NCBI GenBank assembly: GCA_963827275.1
Contig: CAWHAA010000010.1
Span: 96,001-160,000, forward strand
Direction: 5' to 3'
Length of the DNA stretch: 64,000 nucleotides
Origin: an uncultured Spirochaetota bacterium
GTDB lineage: Bacteria; Spirochaetota; UBA4802; UBA5550
Shown here: positions 38,025 through 48,189 of the stretch, in pieces
How positions within the stretch are numbered: the stretch's first letter is position 1
Layout of the letters: each line of letters starts with the position of its first letter
Translations under genes and position numbers: made by a program
Notes under the pieces: generated by a model
The model's input: only the letters and a program-made list of their open reading frames with translations
The model's database searches: none
What the model was told of the DNA's origin: nothing

Positions 38025-39893
38025 ATGGCAAAAGAAAGCATTCAGGACAAACGGTTTCCATTCCTTCACTCCCACGTAGCGCGGGAGCCGCATATACTCG
38101 AGGTCCTTAATGAAATAATGACATACCAGAGCAATGTCCTCAAGACCGGCATCGGCCACCTGGCGACCCTTGAAGACTTGAAGACGTCCCGGAACATCAA
38201 AATTCCCTTCACCATTGCGCGAAATAAAATAATATCCAATCTTATTGATATTCTCACGAAAAACTATCCCGATATTGTCCGGTCGATCATCACGTTCTCC
38301 TTCGTGGTCGACCCGGAAACCAAGAAATTGTCCATCATCGAGAACCGGGAATTCGCCGTCCTTATCAGCAATGAGGATTTCAACCGCATCCAGTCCGAGC
38401 GCAACCAGCTGTCGGCGGACAACTTTTTGAATCTCATCTCGAAGTTCAGGCTCTTCAACCTGACGAAGCTCATCAAAAAGACGAAGGACCGCGCCCTCCT
38501 CTCCCAGGTCATCAAGATCGAGCTTGGAAAAACCATCTTTACCTACAAGAGTTACTCGGTAAACAAACAGAACATCGAAATCGCGGAGGATTTCTGCTTC
38601 CACCGCGACAACTACAACGCCGTGAAAACAACGCTCTCGCTTGAAAAATTCAACAAGGTGATCACCAACCATTCGGTGCCCCTCCTCAGGCGGCTGAAAA
38701 ATTTCGGCATCCTGAACACCGACTACAGCGACTACAGCGATTCAAAGCTCGACTATATCCTGAACATTTTTCTTCAGGACCTGTATCTTTCCCTCTCCGA
38801 TATCGAGCTGACGGTGGTAAAGAACTTTAACTCGCTCCGCTCCTGCATCCTCAAGGTGGAGACAATCATTGACCCGATCCTCACCGCCGGCAATGATTTC
38901 GTATCCTATGTGCGCGAGAACAGGATCACCGCCGTGTCGGGCCTCTCTTCGGTATTCGACAACATCCCGGAGGAAAAAATACTTGAATGGGCCGCGGAGA
39001 ACGGGCCGCATAACAGGATCGTCATGTTCCGGGACGAAGACAATATCACCTACCTCATAGACGGCGATTATCTCCTGAAGCGCCTTGACGAGCTCCATGA
39101 CCTGGTAGTAAACAAGCAGGAGACCGTCGCCGCGATGGGCCATTTCGAGAAGGACAGGATCTTCGATGAGATCAACCTCCTCTGCAACGCCGGGAAAAAA
39201 CTCCTGGAGGACGAAGACAAGTCCCGGCTCATCCTGGAAAAAGACGAAACTATATTGAAATTGAAGCGAAGAATTGACGAGTATGAAGAATACCAGCGGG
39301 GGCTTTCACTCGAAACCGCCGCCAGCAGCGAGGAACGCGCCGGCCGCAGGAGCCGGTCGATACTCGAGGCAATCTCGGATTTCTTCAGGTCGATCTTCGC
39401 GCCGAAAAAGGAGGAAGCCCAGTCCTCCGCCGTCATGAAGAGCCAGGAATACGAGGCCGGCACCTACCGGCCCGCCGCGACCGGTGAAGCAAAAAACATC
39501 CTCTTCAAGATCAAGAACAGCGGCACCCGCCTGATCCCGCTGTCAAACTACATCGAGCTCCTGCCGGCGAACGAGCCTGACATCGAGCTTATCATCAACG
39601 ATCTGCGCAAGCTCAACATGAAAATCGTGATACCGGTGTACAATGCGCGCAGGGTGCTCTATCCCAACCGGAGCCAGCAGTACCTGATATCGGACATGGA
39701 ATATCTCCTGGTGGAGCCGGAAGTGGGGCAGACGCCGGAATCGGTCCGTGAATTCACCGATTCGCTCGCGGGTGAAAAGATAAAGGATGAAAAGCTGTCG
39801 GCTCAGGCGATAATGAGCATTGAAAAATACCTGATGACACTCATAAGCCAGAAGAAGGCCCAGATGCTGAAAAAGGCGAGGTCGAAGAAATGA
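38025..39893 (+). CDS. hypothetical protein (622 aa)
   Basis: Long ORF with backbone-like codon usage; no motif recognised. Confidence 0.8.
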   Translation: MAKESIQDKRFPFLHSHVAREPHILEVLNEIMTYQSNVLKTGIGHLATLEDLKTSRNIKIPFTIARNKIISNLIDILTKNYPDIVRSIITFSFVVDPETKKLSIIENREFAVLISNEDFNRIQSERNQLSADNFLNLISKFRLFNLTKLIKKTKDRALLSQVIKIELGKTIFTYKSYSVNKQNIEIAEDFCFHRDNYNAVKTTLSLEKFNKVITNHSVPLLRRLKNFGILNTDYSDYSDSKLDYILNIFLQDLYLSLSDIELTVVKNFNSLRSCILKVETIIDPILTAGNDFVSYVRENRITAVSGLSSVFDNIPEEKILEWAAENGPHNRIVMFRDEDNITYLIDGDYLLKRLDELHDLVVNKQETVAAMGHFEKDRIFDEINLLCNAGKKLLEDEDKSRLILEKDETILKLKRRIDEYEEYQRGLSLETAASSEERAGRRSRSILEAISDFFRSIFAPKKEEAQSSAVMKSQEYEAGTYRPAATGEAKNILFKIKNSGTRLIPLSNYIELLPANEPDIELIINDLRKLNMKIVIPVYNARRVLYPNRSQQYLISDMEYLLVEPEVGQTPESVREFTDSLAGEKIKDEKLSAQAIMSIEKYLMTLISQKKAQMLKKARSKK

Positions 39894-39907
39894 TCCGCGG
39901 TCAGGCG

Positions 39908-40192
39908 TCAGTCGGAGGAGCCGCCGCCGCTGCCCGACGCCGTGCTTGATTCCGAGGCGGAAGCCGGTGCGTCGCCCGCCCCGCCCGGGGCGGCGTTCCG
40001 TTTTGTACCGCCATTCTTCTTGTAATCATTGACATAGAACCCGGAGCCCTTGAATATTATCCCGGTTGTACCGAACAGCTTGCGCACCTTCCCCTTGCAG
40101 GACGTGCACGCCTGGATGGGTTCAGCTTTAATCGATTGAAACACTTCAAAGCGCTTCTTGCATTCCAGACATTCATATTCATAGGTCGGCAT
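39908..40192 (-). CDS. FmdB family zinc-ribbon protein
   Basis: MPTYEYECLEC..FEV.Q...CTSC...FKGSGFYVNDY. Confidence 0.92.
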   Translation of the reverse strand: MPTYEYECLECKKRFEVFQSIKAEPIQACTSCKGKVRKLFGTTGIIFKGSGFYVNDYKKNGGTKRNAAPGGAGDAPASASESSTASGSGGGSSD

Positions 40193-40408
40193 ACGCTCAA
40201 CTCCCTCAGTCGGTTCATCTCACCGGGCAACGATTACATTTGAGGCATTAAAATTTATATGACCAGCGTGTCAAGATTTATTTCTTGCCGCATGCCTCAT
40301 CGCCGCCCCTTGATAATTCGTAACCATTGTCCCGTCAGGGTTACGACAAAAAATTGGCCCGGTCCGAAAAAGGGTTGCTGTAAAAGCGTCATCTGGTATC
40401 ACATTTTC

Positions 40409-41431
40409 ATGCCGAAACGACAGGTCACCATCCCGGTCTTTATCCCCCACCTTGGCTGCGGGCACCGTTGTATCTTCTGCAGCCAGTGGAACGCTACCGC
40501 CGCCCCGGAGCTGCCGACACCGGGCTCTATTGACGACCTCGTGGAGAAATACGCGCCGCACATAAAAAAGAGCGTGACGCGCGTGGAGCTGGCCTTTTTC
40601 GGCGGGAGCTTCACCGGCATACGGGACGACCTGCAGGAGGCCTATCTTGCCGCCGCCCGCAGGCACCTCGACAGCGGCCGGATCCACGGCATACGCCTTT
40701 CCACGCGGCCCGACTACATCTCGGAACGGGCCCTCGATCTTCTCCGGAAATACCGTGTCTCAACGATAGAGCTCGGCGCGCAGAGCTTCGACGACATCGT
40801 GCTCGAGGAGGCGAACAGGAACCACACCGCCGCTGACGTTGTGGCCGCGGCCGGCCTCATCGCGGACTACGGGTTTGGGCTCGTCATCCAGCTGATGCCG
40901 GGCCTGCCGCGGGAGACCCGTGAGTCCGCGCTCCGATCCGCGCGCGCCGCCGCCGGCCTCGGGCCGGGCGCGGTGCGCCTCTACCCTGCTGTCGTCCTTG
41001 CCGGCACCGCCATGGAGCGCATGTTCCGTGACAACCGGTATGTCCCGCTCTCGCTGGACGACGCTGTGGAAACCTGCACGGCCATGTACCGGGTGTTCCT
41101 GTCACGCGGCATCCCCGTCATACGCATGGGGCTCCACCCGTTTTCACCGGGGCGGGAACAGGCGATCGTGGCAGGGCCCTACCACCCCTCGTTCGGCTAC
41201 CTTGTAAAATCCCGCGCCCGGAGGGACGAAATGTCCGGCGCAATTGACGCCCACCTGAAGCGCCGGGGCCTGCAGCCACCGAGGACGCTGCGAATGGTGA
41301 TACCGGAGACCTGCAAGGAAGAATATATCGGCAATAAGAAAGAAAACATTCGATACCTGGAACGGTATTTCAACCTGTCCGTCATACAATACAGCGTCGG
41401 ACCCGTTCCCGGCATGCAGATAACCCAATAA
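40409..41431 (+). CDS. radical SAM protein (Elp3-like family)
   Basis: IPVFIPHLGCGHRCIFC, AFFGGSFT, IRLSTRPD, IELGAQS, AGPYHP. Confidence 0.9.
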   Translation: MPKRQVTIPVFIPHLGCGHRCIFCSQWNATAAPELPTPGSIDDLVEKYAPHIKKSVTRVELAFFGGSFTGIRDDLQEAYLAAARRHLDSGRIHGIRLSTRPDYISERALDLLRKYRVSTIELGAQSFDDIVLEEANRNHTAADVVAAAGLIADYGFGLVIQLMPGLPRETRESALRSARAAAGLGPGAVRLYPAVVLAGTAMERMFRDNRYVPLSLDDAVETCTAMYRVFLSRGIPVIRMGLHPFSPGREQAIVAGPYHPSFGYLVKSRARRDEMSGAIDAHLKRRGLQPPRTLRMVIPETCKEEYIGNKKENIRYLERYFNLSVIQYSVGPVPGMQITQ

Positions 41432-41465
41432 CGCCGCCCCTGCCGGCGCTGAATCGGAGGTACTG

Positions 41466-42617
41466 ATGAAACAACGACAGAAACTCGCGGGCCTCTCCAT
41501 CATGATACTGCTGGCTGCTGCGGTCATATGCGCCGCCCCGGTCGATGCCGCGCCGGCTAAAAAAGCGAATAAAGCCACAGCCGCAAAGCAGACCATCCCC
41601 GATGTTCCGCGCAAAAGGGCCGTCAATGAGTTCACGGACGCATACCAATCGCCGCCGGGCAGCAAGGTCGTCAGGATCTACCACACGGGGAAATTCACCA
41701 GGGGTTACAGGACGAGGGGCGAACAGCGCGTTCCCGTCCAGGTCCACATGATTGCACTGGAAACGCGCCTTACGGACTGCAACATTGTTCTGCGTGACAC
41801 GTGGGAGGTATATTTCTACCGGCTCGAAACGGACTGGATATTCGACGGCTTTTTACAGGTCGCATCCGTACAGCGCACCTGGCCGAAAAAAAAGCACCCT
41901 TCCCTCGCCGACGCGGCCGCGAAGAAACTGATAGCTGACGGCGTCATGGCCCAATACCCGGGCGCCCGGGTACGCGAAGTTACCGTGCTTTCCAGAAAAG
42001 CGGCATGGAAGCTCTGCACTCCGCTCTACCGGGTGAGATCGAAGGTGCTCCTGGGCCTGACGGACGACGTGTACAACACGGTGACGTCGTATGAATGCAT
42101 GGCGGCCTCGGTCATTTCGCTCCGCGACGGTTCATGGGTGCACGACTCGACCGGCTGCGTGTACCGCGGAAAGGAGGTCCCCGACTGCCATATCGGCACC
42201 ATGTGCCGACGGCTCCGGGCTGAAAGCTCCATCCCGGCGATCACTGACGACCGGGCGCTGTCACTCCTCCGCCGGGCATTCGAAGATGAATACGGACTGA
42301 AAAAAAACAATGTCGCCGTGGAGGAATTCGTGATAATCGAACGCCTGCCGCCTGAAAATTACGGGAAGAATATACCCGTCATCGTCCGCGCGAACTTCGT
42401 GATCGACGAGATGAAGGAGAGCGTCACCGGCAGGTCACGGAGCGCGTCCCCGGTGCGCACCGCCTACGAGTGCGCCGTGCACGGCCACCTCCTATACTCC
42501 GCCGGCAGCGGCGAATGGACGGCGACCATCGATTCATGCTGCCCGCCGGGGTCCGGGCGGTGCGGCCATTCCTGCTCGTCCCCGGTGAAAGGCTGCAGGC
42601 GTCTCGGCGAGAAATAG
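41466..42617 (+). CDS. secreted Cys-rich hypothetical protein with internal repeats
   Basis: RBS ggagg; signal peptide; two or three related modules. Confidence 0.75.
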   Translation: MKQRQKLAGLSIMILLAAAVICAAPVDAAPAKKANKATAAKQTIPDVPRKRAVNEFTDAYQSPPGSKVVRIYHTGKFTRGYRTRGEQRVPVQVHMIALETRLTDCNIVLRDTWEVYFYRLETDWIFDGFLQVASVQRTWPKKKHPSLADAAAKKLIADGVMAQYPGARVREVTVLSRKAAWKLCTPLYRVRSKVLLGLTDDVYNTVTSYECMAASVISLRDGSWVHDSTGCVYRGKEVPDCHIGTMCRRLRAESSIPAITDDRALSLLRRAFEDEYGLKKNNVAVEEFVIIERLPPENYGKNIPVIVRANFVIDEMKESVTGRSRSASPVRTAYECAVHGHLLYSAGSGEWTATIDSCCPPGSGRCGHSCSSPVKGCRRLGEK

Positions 42618-42655
42618 CCGCAGCTCCGCTGCCGGGGGCGCCCCACGTCCCGGGG

Positions 42656-43519
42656 CTACTTCATGTTCTTGCGGATCTTTTCAAGCTGGATGCTGTTCTT
42701 CCGTATGCCGAGGACCCGTTCCGGCAGCCCCATGCTGAGGCCCAGGAGCTGGGTGTACAATAGCGCCGGTACCGTCACTGCCTCCCCGGCCGCTTTTTCG
42801 GACGCCTGGACCGCGTCAAACTGCATCTGGCAATAGGTGCACGCGGTACAGATGCAGTCCGCCCCGGATTCCGCCGCGTCACCGACCTTGCTTCGCATGA
42901 GGTCGAGCGAGATGGCGTCGTTCTTTCCCAGGAGCGGGTTCCCGCAGCAATCGAGCCGGCGCGGCCAGTCAACCGGCCGCGCACCGGTCGCCGCTATGAG
43001 TTCTTCGAAGATCGACGGCGCCAGCGGATCGTCGAAATGGACGATCTCGCTGGGACGAAGTGCGTGGCAGCCGTAATGCGCGGCGACGGACACGTCCCCG
43101 AGCGGGATTTTTATGCTGGCGTAGAGCGCCGGCAGGCCGATGTCATCGCAGAGCACCGTCAGCAGGTGCTTCACGCGGATCGTGTTGTTCCACGACAGGC
43201 CCTCTTTCGCAAGCTCGGCGTCGATGGCCCGGCGCAGGCTCTCGTGCTCGTGCAGGTAATGGACGGCGTGCTTCAGCGAGCCGTAGCAGCACTTGCAGGG
43301 CGTGAGGATGTCGAGACGCTTTTTTTCGGCAAGGGCGAGGTTCCTCGCCGCGGAGAGGATGTACGATTCAAAGCTGATGTCGCGGTTCGGGTAGCCGCAG
43401 CAGCCGAAATCGAGGTCCACGAGCTTGACCCTGAATGTCTTCAGAACGGCGCGGGTGGACGTCCCGTACTGTTCGAGATAGAAGGGGATCTTGCATCCTT
43501 TAAAAAAAGCGAATTTCAT
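42656..43519 (-). CDS. hdrB: heterodisulfide reductase subunit B-like (CCG domains)
   Basis: FKGC, CCGYP, TPCKCC, HYGCH, CCGNP, TACTYCQMQFD. Confidence 0.88.
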   Translation of the reverse strand: MKFAFFKGCKIPFYLEQYGTSTRAVLKTFRVKLVDLDFGCCGYPNRDISFESYILSAARNLALAEKKRLDILTPCKCCYGSLKHAVHYLHEHESLRRAIDAELAKEGLSWNNTIRVKHLLTVLCDDIGLPALYASIKIPLGDVSVAAHYGCHALRPSEIVHFDDPLAPSIFEELIAATGARPVDWPRRLDCCGNPLLGKNDAISLDLMRSKVGDAAESGADCICTACTYCQMQFDAVQASEKAAGEAVTVPALLYTQLLGLSMGLPERVLGIRKNSIQLEKIRKNMK

Positions 43520-43561
43520 GGCACCCGTTCCTGGCTGATGGACCGCATGGCTGACCGCCGG

Positions 43562-45295
43562 TCATTCGCATGCGCCGTCACTGGTTTTGTTTCCTTCGCG
43601 GTCAATATGCTTGTAGCGCGCATACGCACGGTTTTTCAGATCGTATATGATTTCAGTCACCCGTATGCCCTGGGGGCAGTTCTCCTGGCACTGGTAACAG
43701 GTCGCGCAGTCCCATACCATCCGGGAGCCCATGGCCAGGTCGTCCAGCCCGAGCCTGAGCAGGTTCATGATTTTCTGCGGCGTGATATCTACCGCGTTCT
43801 CCTGCCCGACCCGCGACGCCACGACCGGGCACACGTTGGTGCAGGTCTGGCACTGGATGCAGTGCGCGAATACCGAGGAATCGGCGGTGAGGTTGTAGTA
43901 GCGCCCCTTCACGGCGCCGGCTTCCGCCGCTGCACCCCGCATCGAGACGGCCCTGTCGGACCACTCGGACGAGCTGAACTTTTTTATCCAGACATGCGGC
44001 AGGGGAAATCCCCGTTCCGCGAGGAGCTCTTTCGATGCGGCCCACTGGTCCTGCAGGTTGATGCCGGCCGGGCATACCTCGGTGCATTTAAAGCACGAGG
44101 TGCAGGCAAACGCGCCCTCCGAGATACGCTGCATCTCCGCGGCATCAATCGCCGCTCCCGAAGCCAGCCGGCGCACCGTTCGCAGCTTGTCCATCGGGAG
44201 CACCTCCCGGTTATGCATCATCCTGAACAGCGGGGCGACGGAACAATGCCTGCTGCAGGTGCCGCAGGCGGTACAGGCATCAAGTTCAAGCGCCCTCCGC
44301 GGCATCGCGGCGGCACCTCCCGCCCGCTTTTTATCAGACATGCCGTTGACCAGTATGCTGAGGGGATCGGTGACAAGATGGAACATCTTGCTGAAGGGGA
44401 GGTATGCCAGGCCGATAAAGCAGGCAAGCACGTGTATGTAGTAGAGTATGAGATCGGCCTTGACCGCGTCCATGGACGCGGCCGCGGGCTTCATGGCGCG
44501 TGCGACGGAAAAAGAGACAAACGCGGTCCGTGTCGGTGAATGGCACGCGGAGCAGCTCTGTTCGTTCAGTTCCCTCCCTCTCGTCACCAGGACGCCGGGC
44601 AGTGCCGCCTTCATGCCGGAAAATACGGCGCCGTATTCCTCCGACCAGAAGGCCCTGAGGGCTTCTTCATCCCCGGGCCCGCCCGCGGGAGAATAGTCCT
44701 TCATCATTCTGTTGAATACGCGTTCCGACGTCATCTTCGCGCTCTCGACGAGAAAGCCCGTCGTGATGATCACCGCGAGCAGGATGATCGCGTAGCGGTC
44801 CGCATATCTCGTCGCCAGCATGGGGCCGCGGAGCCGGATGCGCCGGTAGACGGCGATCATCACCCCGATGACGACCATGAGGCCGAAGATGTTTCTCAGG
44901 GACTGGAACGGGTCGATCGTCGAATAATAGCCGTCAAATATTTTTTTCGTAACCAGCTCGTCCATGGCGTGCATGAGGAGCAGGAGGGTAAAGCCGGCAA
45001 AGAGACAAAAATGCATGAGCCAGCGGGAGAAATCGGTCCGGATGATCCTTGTCTGGAGAAACACATCGAGGAAAAACAGCTTGAAGAAGCGAAAGATCTT
45101 CAGGCTGAAGAACGAGGCTAAAAATCCCCTGAGCGCCGCCGCGAATCTCGCCGGCACCGGCGTTCTTCCCGCACGGGGCCCGGTTTCGATAAAGAACCAG
45201 CGGAGCGCGCGGACAAGGATACCGGTCGCGCACACGCCGATCGAAAGATACAGGCACAGGTAAAGGAATGTAGAGCCGAGCAGCGGTTCCAGCAT
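43562..45295 (-). CDS. NarI-type cytochrome b + CxxCH loop + two 4Fe-4S dicluster (HdrC-like) fusion
   Basis: Start MLEPLLG overlaps the glpB stop (TAATG). Four TM His (RWLMH, LLMH, YYIH, SKMFH); CSACH; four CxxCxxCxxxC motifs. Confidence 0.85.
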   Translation of the reverse strand: MLEPLLGSTFLYLCLYLSIGVCATGILVRALRWFFIETGPRAGRTPVPARFAAALRGFLASFFSLKIFRFFKLFFLDVFLQTRIIRTDFSRWLMHFCLFAGFTLLLLMHAMDELVTKKIFDGYYSTIDPFQSLRNIFGLMVVIGVMIAVYRRIRLRGPMLATRYADRYAIILLAVIITTGFLVESAKMTSERVFNRMMKDYSPAGGPGDEEALRAFWSEEYGAVFSGMKAALPGVLVTRGRELNEQSCSACHSPTRTAFVSFSVARAMKPAAASMDAVKADLILYYIHVLACFIGLAYLPFSKMFHLVTDPLSILVNGMSDKKRAGGAAAMPRRALELDACTACGTCSRHCSVAPLFRMMHNREVLPMDKLRTVRRLASGAAIDAAEMQRISEGAFACTSCFKCTEVCPAGINLQDQWAASKELLAERGFPLPHVWIKKFSSSEWSDRAVSMRGAAAEAGAVKGRYYNLTADSSVFAHCIQCQTCTNVCPVVASRVGQENAVDITPQKIMNLLRLGLDDLAMGSRMVWDCATCYQCQENCPQGIRVTEIIYDLKNRAYARYKHIDREGNKTSDGACE

Positions 45296-46620
45296 TACTT
45301 GTTCTCCCCGTCTGATTTTGCGATGGTACTGATACAGGCATTGACCGCCGCGTAGGCGGTCGCGACCGCCAGCCCCGAACCGCATTTCATCCTCATCCAG
45401 TCCTGGTGCGCCAGTATTGAGCCGGCGGCGAACAGGTTCCCGTGCACGACATTCCCCGCCCCGTCAACGGGCCGGAAGCATTCATCGACCTCCACGCCGG
45501 CCCTGTTGACCGGGTGCCCTCCCCGGTAGAGGAACTCCTGGTGGTGCCATGCGGGCCTTCCATCCGGCTGATGGAGCGGGAGGCCGAAAATCGGCTCGTG
45601 GATCCGTTCCCTGTCCGAGACGAGCCCCTTCCCCATGAAGCGCCCCGTGGCGAGAATGACCGCCCGGGCCTGTATCAGCACGGCCCCGTCATCGCCGCCG
45701 ATCGCAAGCAGGAAGTTCCCGTTGTCCATGCGATCGACCGATTCCACGCGCTTGTCAATCAGCCGCAGGAGGCCCCTGCGCGGCAGTGCCGAATCGAACA
45801 CCTCTTTCAGCCGGAACCCGGGGACCGACGCGGGCATCATCGGGATTTCGAACACCGGGACGCCGAGCAGCTTTTTAAGGTGCTCCAGGATGACCGGTGT
45901 CCTCTTGATGCCCAGCACCGCGGGGAACCCGACATACCACGCGTCGCCGATCTCTGGTTTTATTGCCTCCGCCAGCGCCTCCCTGACGCCGGACAGCTCC
46001 AGCGCCCGCGCCAGGTGCGCGGCATGCACCTCGTTCCGCCCCTCGGTGCCCGGGAAAAGGACGCGGAGGGTGCGGAGCGCCGGCCATTCGCCGCTGAGCG
46101 CCGACGCGATCTGCCGCGCGCTGAATTCCTTGAGCCCCCTGAAATCGACAATCAGGCACGGGTCCTTCCGCTCAAGGGCATCCACGCAGTGCCACATCGA
46201 TTCAGGGACGCAATAGGTGTCCTTCACGGTGCCCATCGATGTAATGACCTGGAGGTTGCGGCCTTTATCGCAGCGGAACGTCATCCCCTCGTTGCCCAGG
46301 AACCCGGTGAATTCCTCGAACGCGGCGTTGATGTCTTCATTGCTCACGCGGACGTACGGATGGCGCGAGCCGTCGCCGCGCATGCGGTCAATGGCTTCCC
46401 ACGGGTTCCGCCACTGTTTCTTTTCCTCGAGCGGATACACGCCCATCAGGTCAAGGAGCCCGCTGGTGAAAAGGGTCCCTCCCGCGCTCCCTGCCTGGAC
46501 GGTCGAGAGCTTTCGGTCCACGGCAAAAAGTGAGGCGGCCATGCCGGAGATGCCCGAACCGATGACCATGACGTCAAAGACATGCGTGGGATCGTAGTTG
46601 TGCGATTTCGGCAGCGTCAT
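45295..46620 (-). CDS. glpB: anaerobic glycerol-3-phosphate dehydrogenase subunit B
   Basis: VIGSGISG, SG.LDL, FPAVLG, FEIP..PASVPG.RL, LATGRF, G.G.AVATAY. Confidence 0.9.
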   Translation of the reverse strand: MTLPKSHNYDPTHVFDVMVIGSGISGMAASLFAVDRKLSTVQAGSAGGTLFTSGLLDLMGVYPLEEKKQWRNPWEAIDRMRGDGSRHPYVRVSNEDINAAFEEFTGFLGNEGMTFRCDKGRNLQVITSMGTVKDTYCVPESMWHCVDALERKDPCLIVDFRGLKEFSARQIASALSGEWPALRTLRVLFPGTEGRNEVHAAHLARALELSGVREALAEAIKPEIGDAWYVGFPAVLGIKRTPVILEHLKKLLGVPVFEIPMMPASVPGFRLKEVFDSALPRRGLLRLIDKRVESVDRMDNGNFLLAIGGDDGAVLIQARAVILATGRFMGKGLVSDRERIHEPIFGLPLHQPDGRPAWHHQEFLYRGGHPVNRAGVEVDECFRPVDGAGNVVHGNLFAAGSILAHQDWMRMKCGSGLAVATAYAAVNACISTIAKSDGENK

Positions 46621-46635
46621 GCGCGGTCGCTCTCC

Positions 46636-48189
46636 TCATTTATCCGGCGTGTATAATTCTTCATCGAACAGGCCGCAGTGGATCGACTCCATCAGCTCCG
46701 CCTGTATAAGCTGGTCGCCCCAGAGGATCGAATGGATCCCCTTCCAGCGTTCCTGGTAAAATTTTCCGATATCCACAAGGCCGTCAAGGCCTTCATACTC
46801 GCCGCGCTCGTAGAGATAGGCGAGCGCCCGTGGCCCGCAAAACGCGCCCTGGCAGGCGCCCCGCCCCAGCCGGGTCCTCATGCATATGTCGATGAGCCCC
46901 GGCCGTTCGTTGTTGGCCTTCAGCGATTCCCGTATTTCGTCGATCGCCGTCTTCGTCACCATTTCGCACTCGCAGATCACGATGTCATCCGGCTCATGCG
47001 AGCGCATCCACCGCTTCGGCGAGATCCCCGGCTCGGTCCACCGGCAGTCGTCAAGGACCGGGAGCGGCTCTGTCCTGGTGCGGCAGGGGGCGGTGATCCC
47101 CATCTTTTTGCATACCAGGTCGGCCGTCCTCTCGGCCATCAGCCTGAAGGTGGTAAGCTTCCCGCCGGTGATGGTGGTGAAATTTTCGATGTTTTCGCCG
47201 GAATGATCGAGAAGCGCGAAGCCGCGGCTTACGGCCCTGCCGTCCCCGCTCCCCTTGCCGAACAGGGGCCGTACGCCGCAGTAGGCGCGGACAAACCTGC
47301 TCCGCTCGAGTACCGGCACCATGGCGGCCCCTTCCCTCACGATGTGGTCGGTCTCCCCGACCGTCGGGTACACCGCGTCCGGGTCTTCAACCGGCGTGGA
47401 GGTGGTGCCCAGTATTGAAACGGTCCCGCCCGGGACAAGGATATCGGCGTCCGAGGGACGCCGGAGGCGGTTGATAATCCGGTAATTGATCCTGTCATTC
47501 GTGACGAGGAGGGTCCCCTTGGAATAGGTCATGGGGATATCAATGCCGGCCAGCCGCGAAACCTGCCCTGCCCAGGCGCCGGCGGCGTTGACCACCTGCT
47601 CCGCTTCTATGAAGTATTCTTCACCGGAATCGATGTTCCGCACCCGTACCCGCGCAATGGCGGCATCATGCAGCTCAAAGCCCGTGACTTTCGTTCTTCT
47701 CAAAAGCCGTGAACCGAGTGAGACCGCCTGCGTCATGTTGAGAAGAGTCAGCTTGAAGGGATCTATTGACGCGTCTTCAACCCTGTAGGCCGCGATGACC
47801 TTTTCAGAGAGGGCCGGCTCAAGGAAGCAGGCCTCTTCCGGTGAGATCTGCTCGCTGGGCACACCGCACCGGGCGCAGTATGCCGGGTATTCCGCGATGA
47901 AGCGCTCATCATCGCCCTCAACGGCAACGAATATCCCGCCCGTGTCTTCCACGCACTGCGGCATCAGGCGCTTTATGATGTCGCCTTCCTGCTTGCATTC
48001 ACGCGCCGCTTCCTGGTCGTTTGACACATAGCGCCCGCCGCTGTGGAGCAGGCCATGGTTCCCGCCGGACGCGCCCGCGTTAAGGTCCCCTTTTTCCACA
48101 AGGATACTACGGACCCCGCGCAGCGCGAGGTCCCGTGCAATTGCGGTCCCCGTTGCGCCGCCGCCGATTATGAGCACCTGTGTCTGCAC
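46636..48189 (-). CDS. glpA: anaerobic glycerol-3-phosphate dehydrogenase subunit A
   Basis: IIGGGATG, NHGLLHSGGRY, GVRPL, GGKLTTFRLMAE; C-terminal BFD-like CECE...G.CQG.FC. GTG start. Confidence 0.93.
   Translation of the reverse strand: MQTQVLIIGGGATGTAIARDLALRGVRSILVEKGDLNAGASGGNHGLLHSGGRYVSNDQEAARECKQEGDIIKRLMPQCVEDTGGIFVAVEGDDERFIAEYPAYCARCGVPSEQISPEEACFLEPALSEKVIAAYRVEDASIDPFKLTLLNMTQAVSLGSRLLRRTKVTGFELHDAAIARVRVRNIDSGEEYFIEAEQVVNAAGAWAGQVSRLAGIDIPMTYSKGTLLVTNDRINYRIINRLRRPSDADILVPGGTVSILGTTSTPVEDPDAVYPTVGETDHIVREGAAMVPVLERSRFVRAYCGVRPLFGKGSGDGRAVSRGFALLDHSGENIENFTTITGGKLTTFRLMAERTADLVCKKMGITAPCRTRTEPLPVLDDCRWTEPGISPKRWMRSHEPDDIVICECEMVTKTAIDEIRESLKANNERPGLIDICMRTRLGRGACQGAFCGPRALAYLYERGEYEGLDGLVDIGKFYQERWKGIHSILWGDQLIQAELMESIHCGLFDEELYTPDK

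Noticed and set aside
43037..44539. Long alternative ORFs such as 43037..44539 (+), 45442..46533 (+), 61004..62026 (+), 33408..34424 (-) and 37806..38672 (-)
   Set aside because: Antisense shadows of well-supported genes in GC-rich DNA, with no recognisable motifs.
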